Notes: generated by a model from the letters alone, not told the origin. 64,000 nucleotides of DNA from Verrucomicrobiota bacterium (GCA_039798785.1 JBDKFG010000019.1:1-64000); one strand, 5' to 3'. Positions 9,554 to 20,006 are shown, counted from the stretch's first letter. Numbers and translations are program-made.

Positions 9554-10696
9554 TTATTTTCCCGTTTCCCCCAAGGTGTCGAGCCGAACCCGGCTGTCGC
9601 CATCGGCATCGCTTGCCGGGCGGGGGCCGTCGTGCAGCTCGACGACAAGGAGAGACCCTTTCTTCGCCTGGCAGAGGCGGGTGAAGGGCATGCGGACAGT
9701 CAGGGAACCGACCGAGACGCGGCTCTGCTCAAGATCGAAAGCGACTGGGAAAGGCTTGTCGGCGCCTCCCTGCAGGAAGATGCTTGAGGCCCGCAGGGTG
9801 CCGGCGTTGCGCAGGCAGATCGGGCGGGGCGTCTGTTCGGCGTAGAAGGCGCCGATGCTGTTGCCTCGGAGGGAGCCTCCTTTCCCTTCGGGCCCGGTGA
9901 GATAGAGACCGGTACCGGGCGCCCCCGGAGGCAGGACCACATTCGTCGCACCACCCGCCTGGCCTTGCGTAGTCAGCTGGACGAAGTTGAACTGCATGAC
10001 CGCTCCGGCAATGCCGACTTCGCCACCGTTGCACAACACGCCGTCGAAGGTGGCGAGGTTGTGGAACCAGCCCTCGACGCCGCCGTTCCAGCCGGCTTTC
10101 GGCGTTTCGAGGGGCTTCAGGTAGCTGGCGCTAGTGGCGAAGAGGAAATGGCAGGCCGGCCCGTTGGAGGAGACGTTGCGCCACTGGTCGTGCATGGTGA
10201 AACGGTTGAACCAGGCGATGCGGAAGCGGCCTCGGATATTGATGTTCTCGTAGCTGCTGAGCGCGCTTTGCACTGAAAGCGGCGTTGCGAAGACGATTCC
10301 TGAAGGCGCCGACTTATCCTCCACGACCGCATCAACCGCGAGATCCTTGACGATGAACCACTCGGCATGTTCGAAGAGCACCGCGTCGGGCGCCGCGGGA
10401 CGGAAGTGGATGCGGCTGGCCCGGGGCCCCTCCCCGGAGATCGACAGGCTGCGACGGCCCAGCTCGCGATCCCAGCGGAAGCAGACGATCTTGCGGGTGA
10501 CGAGATAATCGCCGGCCGGCACGATGAGGCGGCGCCCCTCCTTCAGGCAGCGTTCCGCCGCCTTGGCGAAGGCCTCGCTGTCATCGGCGCGGCCATCGCC
10601 GACGGCACCGCAGTCACGGACGCTCAAGCCCGGCTGTTCGGCGGCAAAGAGGGTCCAGGCGAAGAGGAATTGGAGCAGCAGCAGGCGGATCATCAA
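9554..10696 (-). CDS. Secreted beta-helix protein with a pectate_lyase_3-type N-terminal motif
   Basis: Signal peptide; SVRDCGAVGDGRADDSEAFAKA; LIVPAGDYLVT; ISGEG. Confidence 0.7.
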   Translation of the reverse strand: MMIRLLLLQFLFAWTLFAAEQPGLSVRDCGAVGDGRADDSEAFAKAAERCLKEGRRLIVPAGDYLVTRKIVCFRWDRELGRRSLSISGEGPRASRIHFRPAAPDAVLFEHAEWFIVKDLAVDAVVEDKSAPSGIVFATPLSVQSALSSYENINIRGRFRIAWFNRFTMHDQWRNVSSNGPACHFLFATSASYLKPLETPKAGWNGGVEGWFHNLATFDGVLCNGGEVGIAGAVMQFNFVQLTTQGQAGGATNVVLPPGAPGTGLYLTGPEGKGGSLRGNSIGAFYAEQTPRPICLRNAGTLRASSIFLQGGADKPFPVAFDLEQSRVSVGSLTVRMPFTRLCQAKKGSLLVVELHDGPRPASDADGDSRVRLDTLGETGK

Positions 10697-10804
10697 GGAG
10701 TCTCCAAGATGGGGCAGGACTGAAGAGAAAAACCGCAGCCGCCGTTTTGCGGGAGCCGCGGATTTTGCGCTCCCTGGGAGCGCCGGCTGCCAGCCGGTTG
10801 GAGT

Positions 10805-13171
10805 TCAGCCCTTGAGGCCGTCCTTGACGAGGATCAGCGAGTACTGGGTGTCCTCGTTGATCGGGGCGAGCTGGACGATGCGGTGGCCGTCGTTCTTCAG
10901 CGAGGCGGGGATGTTGCGGTAGGGGTCGCCGGTGTCGACGATGATCTCGATCTCGGCGCCGGCGCCGAGGGTCGCCAAGGCGTGGCGGGCCTTGATGAAG
11001 CCGATGGTGCTGGTGACGCCGCTGAGGTCGAGCTTGGGGCGGCCATCGACGATCGGCAGTTGCAGATCGACCTGGGGCTTGCAGCTTTCGCGCTCGTGGC
11101 GGTACAAACGCACCCAGGTGTCGACGAAGGACTTGCTGGCGCCGAGGAGTGCGGCGGCCTCGTCCTTGCTGTAGCTGGCGGCGGTCGCGGCGAGGAGCGA
11201 CTCGGGGACGGCGGGGAGCTTGCCGTTGAGGCCGTAGAAGCGGATGTAGGCTTCGAGAGCGGGAGTCAGCTCGGCGATGGCTTCGCCGGCTTCGATCAGG
11301 GTGGCGCGAAGGGCGTGGCGCAGGGCCTCGCGGGCGTTGAAGACGGTGTCGGCGAAGTAGCCCTTCTCTTGAACTTGAGCGCCCATCTTGAGGAAGTTGA
11401 GGGCGTCGTCGAAGGCTTCGGTGACCAGGTTGAGGGCGCCGCCGGCGCATTCGCCCATGCCGACCGCGGGCGAGTACTCCTCGCCTTCGGCCTGCTGGTA
11501 GTCGCGGTAGAGGTCGAGATCGCTCGCTTCGACGGTGTCGAAGGGCTTGATCAGGGCCTGGATCTCCTTGACGTCGACCGAGCCGAGCCATTCGTCGAAG
11601 CTGAGGCTGCTGTTCAGCGTCTTGTAGTGGGCGATGATCGCCTTGACGGCGCCGGGGGCCTTCTTGGCGGTGACGCGGCCGACGCGGCGGGAGAGGCGGC
11701 GGGCGCCGTCGAAGGCCTTGCCGCCGATCGAGAGCATGGCGCAGGGGACCGCCTTGCCTTCGACGACGCGGGACGAGCCGTTGAAGCCGAGCGAGGCGAC
11801 GCCGTGCTGGCCGCAGCCGTTGTGGCAGCCGGAGATGTGGATGCGGCCGTCCTCGACGCCCTTGGACAGCTCGGGCTCGGCCTCGAAGATGTCGATGAGG
11901 ACGTCGGCGAGGCCTTTCGACGAGGTGACCGAGAGGTTGCAGGTGCTGCGGCCGGGGCAGGCGACGACGTTGGAGATGTGCGAGTAGCGCGGGTCGGCGA
12001 GCTTCAGCCCTTCGAGGCGGCGCTTGACTTCGGCGAGATGGGCGAGGGGGATGTGGGGGATGACCAGGTTCTGGTTGACGGTGAGGCGGACCTCGCCGTT
12101 GCCGAGCTGTTCGGCGATGTCGCAGACGGCGCGCATCGCCTGGGAGTCGATGTCGCCCATGCGGATGCGGACGCGGACGCCGTAGGTGTCGACCTTGTTC
12201 TGGACGAAGACGCAGGCCTTGGCCCAGGTTTCGCCGACGAGGGCGGCGGCCTTGCCGAAGTCGGCCTTCTCCTGGGGCAGCTCAAGTTTGGCGTCGGGCA
12301 GTTCGATGATCAGCGACTTACCGTATTCCGAGGCGGCGAGGCGGTCGAACTCGGCGCGGTACTGGGCGTTGAACCACTCGGCGCCGCGTTCGAGCTTGAT
12401 GAACTTCATCCGCGCCTTGTTGCGGTCCTTGCGGTTGCCGAACTCGTTGAAGACGCGCATCAGGGCGGTGGCGCAGAGGAGCAGTTCGGCGGGGCGGAGG
12501 GCGGGGTGGACCAGGTCGGCGGCGACCGGGCGGCCGCCGAGGCCGCCGGCGGCCCAGACGTCGAAGGCCGGGCGGCCTTGCGCGTCGCGCACCGCGACGA
12601 AGCCGATGTCGTGCATCACCGCCAGGCCGTGGTCGCCGTGGTTGTCGCCGGAGAAGCTGATCTTGAACTTGCGGGGGAAGTTCTGGGTGTAGGGATTGCG
12701 CAGGCAGTGGTGGACGAGGGCTTCGGCGGCGGGGATGATGTCGAAGGCCTGCTCGGGAGTGATGCTGGCGTAGGGGTCGGCGGAGATGTTGCGGACGGTG
12801 TTGCCGCAGGCTTCGCGCGAGGTGAGGCCGCAGTCGGCCATCATCTCGAGGAGCTTGGGGGTGAGGCCGCGGGGGATGTAGTGGAGCTGGATGGCCGAGC
12901 GGGTGGTGATGTGGAGGATGCCGTTGGTCAGGGTGTCGGCCATGCCGCACATGGCGCGCAGCTGCTTGGCGTCGGTGACGCCGTAGGGGATCTTGATGCG
13001 GACCATCTGGACGCCGGGCTGGCGCTGGCCGTAGATACCCTGCCACAGGCGGCGCTTCTGCCATTCGGATTCATGGAGTTTGCCGGCCTCGAAGCCTTCG
13101 AGGGTTTCGCGGAAGTCGCGGATCTCTTCTTCAACGACGGCGGTGCGGGCGAAATCGATGGCTCGGCTCAT
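10805..13171 (-). CDS. Siroheme nitrite/sulfite reductase with a C-terminal helical (HEPN-like) domain and a TusA/SirA-like domain
   Basis: GIYGQRQ..QMVRIKIPYG, HITTR, REACGNTVRN, PRKFKISFSG; siroheme-[4Fe-4S] cysteines in ACPGRSTC and SGCHNGC; tail LDLSGV...EIIVDTGDPYRNIPASLKNDGH. Confidence 0.9.
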   Translation of the reverse strand: MSRAIDFARTAVVEEEIRDFRETLEGFEAGKLHESEWQKRRLWQGIYGQRQPGVQMVRIKIPYGVTDAKQLRAMCGMADTLTNGILHITTRSAIQLHYIPRGLTPKLLEMMADCGLTSREACGNTVRNISADPYASITPEQAFDIIPAAEALVHHCLRNPYTQNFPRKFKISFSGDNHGDHGLAVMHDIGFVAVRDAQGRPAFDVWAAGGLGGRPVAADLVHPALRPAELLLCATALMRVFNEFGNRKDRNKARMKFIKLERGAEWFNAQYRAEFDRLAASEYGKSLIIELPDAKLELPQEKADFGKAAALVGETWAKACVFVQNKVDTYGVRVRIRMGDIDSQAMRAVCDIAEQLGNGEVRLTVNQNLVIPHIPLAHLAEVKRRLEGLKLADPRYSHISNVVACPGRSTCNLSVTSSKGLADVLIDIFEAEPELSKGVEDGRIHISGCHNGCGQHGVASLGFNGSSRVVEGKAVPCAMLSIGGKAFDGARRLSRRVGRVTAKKAPGAVKAIIAHYKTLNSSLSFDEWLGSVDVKEIQALIKPFDTVEASDLDLYRDYQQAEGEEYSPAVGMGECAGGALNLVTEAFDDALNFLKMGAQVQEKGYFADTVFNAREALRHALRATLIEAGEAIAELTPALEAYIRFYGLNGKLPAVPESLLAATAASYSKDEAAALLGASKSFVDTWVRLYRHERESCKPQVDLQLPIVDGRPKLDLSGVTSTIGFIKARHALATLGAGAEIEIIVDTGDPYRNIPASLKNDGHRIVQLAPINEDTQYSLILVKDGLKG

Positions 13172-13342
13172 GGGGACTCCTGATGTGGACTTGAGGTTCA
13201 GAACAACTTATGCCCCGAATTCCCAGTCCCCAAGGGGCTATGACGATGCCCCGGGGGGATTTCAGCGTCATCAAAGCTTTTCCAGGCGGAGAATCCCGGT
13301 GCTATCCTTCCGACAAGCTCAGACGAAGCCGGTTGGGACTTT

Positions 13343-13867
13343 TCACTCCCGTGAATCCTGCGGCGACGGGGCTTTTCCCGGCCTGCCGCGGCGCGAAGCT
13401 GCCGCGCTGTGTTTCGCCTCGCGGCGGATGGGGAGCAGAGGTTTTGCGAGGGTCGCCGCATCGATCCCTTCCATCGCATCGGCGAGAGTGTAGAGCTCGA
13501 GGTGCTGGATGAAGGTGCGCAGGGCGCGACCGATGATGCGTTGCAGGCCGCAATTTCCGGCGATCTTGCAGGTGTTTTCGCTGGCGTTCATGCATTCGAC
13601 CAAAGTGAAGCTGGGTTCGAAGTCGCGCACCACGTCGGAAATGCGGATCAGCTTCGCTTCGCGAGCCAGGGCCATGCCGCCGCCGTAGCGGCCGCGCTTG
13701 AGATGGAGATATCCGAGCCTGCCAAGGCGGTTGACCACCTTGGTCAAATGGCTGCGCGAGATGCCGAAGCTGTCGCTGATCTCGCTGGTGAGGACGAGCC
13801 GCTCCGGATGGGCTGCGACGAAAATCAGAGTGCGCAAGGCGAAATCGGTCATCATCGAGATCTGCAT
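13343..13867 (-). CDS. Rrf2-family transcriptional regulator, NsrR-like
   Basis: TDFALRTLIF, ISRSHLTKVV, RGRYGGG and three Fe-S cysteines in LVECMNASENTCKIAGNCGL. Confidence 0.9.
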   Translation of the reverse strand: MQISMMTDFALRTLIFVAAHPERLVLTSEISDSFGISRSHLTKVVNRLGRLGYLHLKRGRYGGGMALAREAKLIRISDVVRDFEPSFTLVECMNASENTCKIAGNCGLQRIIGRALRTFIQHLELYTLADAMEGIDAATLAKPLLPIRREAKHSAAASRRGRPGKAPSPQDSRE

Positions 13868-14016
13868 GGTTTTCCCCGCTAGCTGAAAAAATGGCTCAGC
13901 TCGAAATAAATACTCCTCTGGCACCGATGCAAGAGTCGGCGATTCGGTACAGGTCTTGACTTTCTCATCCCTTGGAGCTTATTCCGGGCGTCACAAACCC
14001 AAGCCGGAGTCACACC

Positions 14017-14439
14017 ATGCGTCTTGCCCTCTACTACCCCATGCACTTCCTCGGCATCGCCATGATCCTGATCGCCCTTGGCGCCTTGGCCGGCCACTAT
14101 CTCGCAGGTGCCACCGAGCCCCATCCCCGCAAGAAGCTGCTCGCCATCGTCCATGGCGTCGGACTGGTTCTCGCCATCGTCGGCGGCTTCGGGCTGATGA
14201 AGTTCTTCGGCATCAAGCACAGCTCCTATTTGCAGTTCCCCTGGCTCCTGATCAAGACCTTGATCTGGGTCTTCCTCGCTGCCGCGCCCGTCCTGATGCG
14301 CAAGATGCCTCGCCAGGCCCTGCTGATCTTCTTCCTCTGCATCGCCAGCTTCGCCTTCGCCGCTTCCGCCGCCAAGTTCAAGAGCTTCGAGGCCTGGTCG
14401 AGCAGCTTCAAATCGGCGCCGGCGGAAAAACAGCCCTGA
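14017..14439 (+). CDS. Small integral membrane protein (about 4 TM, SirB2-like)
   Basis: Four hydrophobic stretches; HFLG, HGVGL and WLLIK motifs; GGAG upstream of the ATG. Confidence 0.65.
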   Translation: MRLALYYPMHFLGIAMILIALGALAGHYLAGATEPHPRKKLLAIVHGVGLVLAIVGGFGLMKFFGIKHSSYLQFPWLLIKTLIWVFLAAAPVLMRKMPRQALLIFFLCIASFAFAASAAKFKSFEAWSSSFKSAPAEKQP

Positions 14440-14605
14440 ACGGCCCGGCCCCTTCCCGAGCACAGCTTGTAACCTGCCGGAGATCCGGCTGCATCTCCTC
14501 ATGCCAGTTCCGCGGAACCGCAGAATCGCTGCAGGTCGGGGAACTTCTCTATGGCCAGTGCCGTCAATCGACCCGGTCCGGAAAATTCCCATCAGGAGCC
14601 AAGCC

Positions 14606-15970
14606 ATGCGCCTCTTTTCGATTCTAGCGATTCTCCTCCTCTCCTTCGATCTCGCCGCCGAGGAGGCCCCCGAGCGCAAGCCCAACATCGTCTTCATCAT
14701 GGTCGACGACATGGGCCTTGGCGATGTCGGCTGCTATGGCGGCAAGGTGATGAAGACACCGAATTTGGACGCACTCTCCCGGGAAGGGATGCTCTTCTCC
14801 AACGCCTATTCCGGCTCCGCCGTCTGCGCCCCCTCGCGTTGCGTCCTGATGACCGGTCGCCACACCGGGCACGCCAGCATCCGCGCCAACAAGGAGCTGC
14901 CCACTGAGGGGCAGACGCCGATGACCGAAGGCTACACCATCGCCTCGGTGCTGAAGAAATCCGGCTACAGCACCGGCCTCTTCGGCAAGTGGGGCCTGGG
15001 CTTCCCCGGTTCGCCGTCCGAACCCCTGAAAGCCGGCTTCGACCACTTCTTCGGCTACAACTGCCAGCGCCACGCGCACACTTATTACCCCGATTGGCTG
15101 CACGATGGCGAGACGGTCTTCGGCATGCCCGAAAACAAGGAGGGCCGCAAGACTCACAGCGCCGAAGTGATCAAGAATCGCACCCTCAAGTTCATTGAGG
15201 ACAATCAGGGCCGCCCCTTTTTCTGCTACGCCGCCTGGACCATGCCGCACGGCAAATACACCGCTCCCGACACCGGCCGTTTCGGCAAGGAGCCCTGGAG
15301 CAAGGACGTGCAGAACTACGCCGCCATGGTCGAGCTGCTCGACGCCCACCTCGGCGAAGTCCGCGCCAAGCTCAAGCAGCTCGGCCTGGAGAAGGACACC
15401 CTTCTGATTTTCACCTCCGACAACGGCGCCAACCAGGAATTCGTCAAAGACCTTGCCAGCACCGCCGGTCTTCGCGGCACCAAGCGCTCCCTGCATGAAG
15501 GAGGCATCCGCAGCCCCTTCCTCGCCGTCTGGCCTGGACGGATCAAGGCCGGCAGCCGCAGCGATCTGCTCGCCGGACATGTCGACGTTCTCGCCACCTG
15601 CGCCGAAATGGCCGGCGCCGGAGCTCCTGCCAACGACGGAGTGTCCCTGCTGCCGACCCTGACCGGCGAAGGGAAGCAGCAGGAGCGCGACTTCCTCTAC
15701 TGGGAATTCTATGAGGGGAGATTCCAGCAGGCGCTGCGCGCCGGCCAGTGGAAGGCCTACCGGGAAGGCGCCCTTGACGCGCCCCTCAAACTCTACGATC
15801 TCAGCCAGGATCCCCACGAAGATCGCGATCTTGCCGCCAGCCAGCCCGAGCTGGTCGCCAGGTTCGCCGCCATCCTCGCCGCCCAGCACCAGCCGAGCCC
15901 GATCTGGCGCGCTCCGGGAGAAGGCGGCAAGAGCGAACAGCCGAAAACCAAGAAAAACCGCGGATCCTGA
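14606..15970 (+). CDS. Arylsulfatase (S1 family, formylglycine-dependent)
   Basis: Signal peptide, PNIVFIMVDDMG, CAPSR, LMTGRH, GKWGLG, FTSDNG, EGGIR. Confidence 0.95.
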   Translation: MRLFSILAILLLSFDLAAEEAPERKPNIVFIMVDDMGLGDVGCYGGKVMKTPNLDALSREGMLFSNAYSGSAVCAPSRCVLMTGRHTGHASIRANKELPTEGQTPMTEGYTIASVLKKSGYSTGLFGKWGLGFPGSPSEPLKAGFDHFFGYNCQRHAHTYYPDWLHDGETVFGMPENKEGRKTHSAEVIKNRTLKFIEDNQGRPFFCYAAWTMPHGKYTAPDTGRFGKEPWSKDVQNYAAMVELLDAHLGEVRAKLKQLGLEKDTLLIFTSDNGANQEFVKDLASTAGLRGTKRSLHEGGIRSPFLAVWPGRIKAGSRSDLLAGHVDVLATCAEMAGAGAPANDGVSLLPTLTGEGKQQERDFLYWEFYEGRFQQALRAGQWKAYREGALDAPLKLYDLSQDPHEDRDLAASQPELVARFAAILAAQHQPSPIWRAPGEGGKSEQPKTKKNRGS

Positions 15971-16003
15971 ATCAGGTCTTCCGCATCAGTGACAGGAGCC
16001 CTC

Positions 16004-17425
16004 ATGAGCCCCCTTTTCACCTTCCTTTTCCTCCTCTCCACCTCTCCTCTGGCGGCGCAGCCCCCCCCGGCCCCGCCCTCCGCCGCCGAGGCCAGCCCCG
16101 CCAAGGCAAGCGCCAAGCCCAACATCGTCGTCATCCTCATCGATGACATGGGCCTGCACGATGGCGAACCCTTCGGGTCGAAATACTTCAAGACGCCGCA
16201 GCTCTCCCGCCTGGCCAGCCAGGGCACGCTCTTCACCCAGGGCTATGCCGCCTGCGGCGTCTGCTCGCCCACCCGCGCCGCGCTCCTCACAGGCAAGGCC
16301 CCCGCCCGCCTCCATGTCACCGACTGGATCCCAGGCGAAGGACAGAACAAAAGCGGCCTGCTCAAGGTGCCGGACTGGCAAAAGTCCTTGCCCAAAGAGG
16401 AAATAACCCTCGCCGAAGCCCTCAAGAAGCGAGGATACCGCACCGCCAGCATCGGCAAGTGGCACCTCGGCGGTCAGGACTCCCGCCCCGAAGATCACGG
16501 CTTCGACGTCAACATCGGCGGCACCCACGCCGGTCAACCCGCCGACTACTACTGGCCCTACGGCAAGGGCAAAACCAAGGGAGTCCCCGGCCTCGAAGGC
16601 GGCAAGGAAGGCGAATACCTCACCGATCGCCTCACCGACGAAGCCATCAAGTTCATCGAAGCCAGCCAGGGCCAGCCCTTCTTCGTCTACCTGCCGCATT
16701 TTGCCGTGCACGGCCCGCTGATGGCCAAAAAGGAGCTTCTCGAGGAGGCTAAGCAAATACCCGCCGTGGACGGTCAGGAGAATGCCGTCTACCACACCAT
16801 GATCTCTTCCGTCGACCAGAGCGTCGGCAGGATCATGGACGCCCTCGAACGCCTCAAACTGAGCGACAACACCATCGTCATCTTCAGCTCTGACAACGGC
16901 GGTGTCGTCCACTACGGCAAACCGCCCGCCACCTCGAACACGCCGCAACGCCTCGGCAAGGGCTACGCCTACGAGGGCGGCCTGCGCGTCCCGCTGATCA
17001 TCAAGGCTCCTGGCCTGACGAAGCCGGGCTCGGTCAGCGCCGTTCCGGCGATCACCACCGACTTCATGCCGACCCTCCTCGCCCTCGCCGACGCCCAGGA
17101 GGAGGTCAAGCGCCCCGCCTTCGATGGCCTCGACCTCACCCCCGCACTCAGGGGCGAGACGCAGCCGCTCCACGATCAGCTCTGCTGGCACTACCCGCAC
17201 TACTGGGGCGGCGGCAAAGTCACTCCCTATTCGGTGATCCGCCGCGGCGACCTCAAGCTGATACGCTTCTGGGAGACCGGCAAGGAGGAGCTCTACGACC
17301 TCGCCAACGACGTCTCGGAGAAGAACGACCTCGCCGTCGCCAAGCCCGAGATCGTCAAGGACCTGTCCTCCCGCCTCGACGCCTGGCTCAAGGAGACCGG
17401 AGCTCAAATCCCGGAAAGGAAGTAA
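16004..17425 (+). CDS. Sulfatase (S1 family)
   Basis: PNIVVILIDDMG, CSPTRAALLTG, GKWHLG, SSDNGG, EGGLRVP. Confidence 0.95.
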   Translation: MSPLFTFLFLLSTSPLAAQPPPAPPSAAEASPAKASAKPNIVVILIDDMGLHDGEPFGSKYFKTPQLSRLASQGTLFTQGYAACGVCSPTRAALLTGKAPARLHVTDWIPGEGQNKSGLLKVPDWQKSLPKEEITLAEALKKRGYRTASIGKWHLGGQDSRPEDHGFDVNIGGTHAGQPADYYWPYGKGKTKGVPGLEGGKEGEYLTDRLTDEAIKFIEASQGQPFFVYLPHFAVHGPLMAKKELLEEAKQIPAVDGQENAVYHTMISSVDQSVGRIMDALERLKLSDNTIVIFSSDNGGVVHYGKPPATSNTPQRLGKGYAYEGGLRVPLIIKAPGLTKPGSVSAVPAITTDFMPTLLALADAQEEVKRPAFDGLDLTPALRGETQPLHDQLCWHYPHYWGGGKVTPYSVIRRGDLKLIRFWETGKEELYDLANDVSEKNDLAVAKPEIVKDLSSRLDAWLKETGAQIPERK

Positions 17426-17446
17426 TCCGCAGCCCGTGAGGTCCCG

Positions 17447-18949
17447 ATGAATCCGCAGCACCGCTTCTTGCTCGCCGCTATCCTGTCTCTACTCGCCGCC
17501 GCTTGCGCCAGCGGCGAAAAGGCGTCGGCCACCACCAAGCCCCCCAACATCGTCGTCATCCTCGTCGACGATCTCGGCTATGGCGACGTCTCCTGCCTCA
17601 ACCCGCAGGGGAAGATCCCGACGCCGCAGATCGACCGCCTCGCCGCCAGCGGCGTCGTCTTCACCGACGCCCACACCAACTCCTCCGTCTGCACTCCCAC
17701 ACGCTATGGACTGCTCACCGGACGCTACTGCTGGCGCAGCCGCCTCGACTCCGGCGTCCTCGGCGGCGACAGTCCGCACCTCATCCCGGCGGCACGGCCG
17801 ACCGTCGCAAGCCTGCTCAAGAGCCGCGGCTACGCCACAGACATGATCGGCAAATGGCACCTCGGTTGGGACTTCACTTTCCGCGGCGAGGGGCGGGAGA
17901 AGCGGATCGACTTCACCGCGCCGGTCACCAATGGCCCGGAAATCAACGGCTTCGACCATTATTTCGGCTTCTGCGCCTCCCTCGACATGGGCCCCTATGT
18001 CTTCGTCCAGGACGGCCGCATCACTGCCGTCCCAGACCGCGAGACCCAAGGGCACGGCCAGGAGCACCGGGCGCCAGCCTACTGGCGCAAAGGTCTTACC
18101 GCGCCGGACTTCCGCCATGCCGAGGTTCTTCCCTCCTGCGTCGGCCGGGCCTGCGCCACCATCAAGCGCCGCGCCGCCGAAGGCCGGCCCTTCTTCCTCT
18201 ACCTGCCTCTGCCCGCGCCGCACACTCCTATCCTCCCTAACGCCGACTTCGCCGGCAAGTCCGGCCTCAACCCCTATGCCGACTTCGTCCTGCAGATCGA
18301 TCACCACGTCGGCGAACTGATGCAGGCCCTGCGGGACGCCGGCGTCGCCGACGACACTCTCGTCCTCTTCACCTCCGACAACGGCTGCTCGCCCCAGGCC
18401 GACCTGGACGCCTTGCGCCGGCGGGGCCACGATCCCTGCGCCGGCTTCCGCGGCGCCAAGGCCGATCTCTACGAGGGCGGCCACCGCGTCCCCTTCATCG
18501 TCAGCCTGCCCTCCCGCTTCCGGCCTGCTGTCAGCACTCAGACGGTCTGCCTCACCGATCTCGCCGCCACCGCCGCCGAACTCGCCGGCGCGACGCTCCC
18601 CGCCGCCGCCGCCGAGGACAGCTTCAGCCTCGTACCGGCCCTCGAGGGGCGCACCGGCGCCCGCGACTCCTTGGTGATGCACTCGATCGACGGCTCTTTC
18701 GCCGTCCGCCAGGGCCCCTGGAAGCTCCTGCTCAACTCCGGCTCGGGCGGCTGGAGCCGGCCCAGAGGCGGCAAGCAGGGTCTGCAGCTCTACAGGTTGG
18801 ACGAGGATCCAGCCGAACAGAAAGATCTCGCCGCCTCCCGGCCGGACAAGGTGGCCGAGCTGCGGGCTCTGCTCGACCAGCTCGTCGCCCGCGGCCGCTC
18901 CAGCCCCGGACCGGAACAGCCCAACGACCGTCAAGTCAATCTTCCCTGA
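17447..18949 (+). CDS. Arylsulfatase (S1 family), possible lipoprotein
   Basis: LAAAC lipobox-like, PNIVVILVDDLG, CTPTRYGLLTGRY, GKWHLG, TSDNG, EGGHRVP. Confidence 0.95.
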   Translation: MNPQHRFLLAAILSLLAAACASGEKASATTKPPNIVVILVDDLGYGDVSCLNPQGKIPTPQIDRLAASGVVFTDAHTNSSVCTPTRYGLLTGRYCWRSRLDSGVLGGDSPHLIPAARPTVASLLKSRGYATDMIGKWHLGWDFTFRGEGREKRIDFTAPVTNGPEINGFDHYFGFCASLDMGPYVFVQDGRITAVPDRETQGHGQEHRAPAYWRKGLTAPDFRHAEVLPSCVGRACATIKRRAAEGRPFFLYLPLPAPHTPILPNADFAGKSGLNPYADFVLQIDHHVGELMQALRDAGVADDTLVLFTSDNGCSPQADLDALRRRGHDPCAGFRGAKADLYEGGHRVPFIVSLPSRFRPAVSTQTVCLTDLAATAAELAGATLPAAAAEDSFSLVPALEGRTGARDSLVMHSIDGSFAVRQGPWKLLLNSGSGGWSRPRGGKQGLQLYRLDEDPAEQKDLAASRPDKVAELRALLDQLVARGRSSPGPEQPNDRQVNLP

Positions 18950-18965
18950 ATCGCAGGAGGCTCCG

Positions 18966-19865
18966 ATGAATGTCTCCCGCCAGGATGTTCTCAAATTCGG
19001 CCTCGGCCTGCTCGTCTCAGGCTGCGCCGGCGAGATGGGCCGGGGCGAGCCCGAAGCCGAGATCTACCTCCTCGCCGGTCAGTCCAACATGCAAGGTCTG
19101 GGCCGGCTCGCCGAGCTGCAAGCCGAGGATCGCTCTCCACCTGCGGGGGTCTTTTTCTGGAACGGGCAGGCTTTTGAGCCATTTGTCCCGGGGCGCAGCC
19201 GCAGCTCCAACCGCCCCGGCGAATTCGGCCCGGAGCTCGGCCTGGCGCAGTTCCTGGCCAAGCGGCAGCCGGCTCGTCAAGTCTACCTGATCAAGTATTC
19301 CCGCAGCGGCCAGCCCCTTCATCCCGGCTGGGACGGCAATTGCTGGGCCGGTGGCGAGGCTCCCGGGAGGACTAATTTCTACCCCGGACTGAGACCCGAC
19401 GACCCGGCGCGCGGCAGGCTTTATCAAGAGCTGCTCGGTACCGCCTCGGCCGCCCTCGCCGCACTGCGACAGCAAAAGTCTAGGGCCAAGCTCAAGGGCC
19501 TGGTCTGGATGCAGGGCGAGCAAGACAGCAAGAACGAGCTTTCGGCCCGGGACTATCCTTTCATGCTGAAGCTGCTCAAGAAGCGCCTCGGCGACGATCT
19601 CGGCCAGGCTGCGCTGCCATTGGTCTATGGACAAGTCCTGCCTTACCAGCCGCCGCTGGCTAAGTTCACCCACCGCGAGCGGATCCGCCAAGCCATGGCC
19701 GACGCCGATTCCCGCTCGGGTAAGCCCGAAGCCATCCCCGGAGCCTTCATGGTCTCCACCGAGGGGATGAGCATCGGCCCCGATCACGTGCATTACGACG
19801 CGGCCGGCCAGCTCGCCCTCGGTCGCGCCTTCGGCGAGGCATTGCTCCGTCAGCAGCAGCAGTAA
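18966..19865 (+). CDS. SASA/CE6-type SGNH carbohydrate acetylesterase
   Basis: LLAGQSNM, FGPELG, WMQGEQD, DHVHY. Confidence 0.88.
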   Translation: MNVSRQDVLKFGLGLLVSGCAGEMGRGEPEAEIYLLAGQSNMQGLGRLAELQAEDRSPPAGVFFWNGQAFEPFVPGRSRSSNRPGEFGPELGLAQFLAKRQPARQVYLIKYSRSGQPLHPGWDGNCWAGGEAPGRTNFYPGLRPDDPARGRLYQELLGTASAALAALRQQKSRAKLKGLVWMQGEQDSKNELSARDYPFMLKLLKKRLGDDLGQAALPLVYGQVLPYQPPLAKFTHRERIRQAMADADSRSGKPEAIPGAFMVSTEGMSIGPDHVHYDAAGQLALGRAFGEALLRQQQQ

Positions 19866-20006
19866 TTGCCGCTAGCTTGACCGGGCTGAATTAAGGCTCT
19901 TTATCCTAGATTCCACATCTTGCATCTTGGACCTCCCGACCCGTTGGGTCGATCTTCGCAACTCTTTCTGAACCAAGTGTCGCCGGTGCGGCTCCCCGAT
20001 TCCTTT

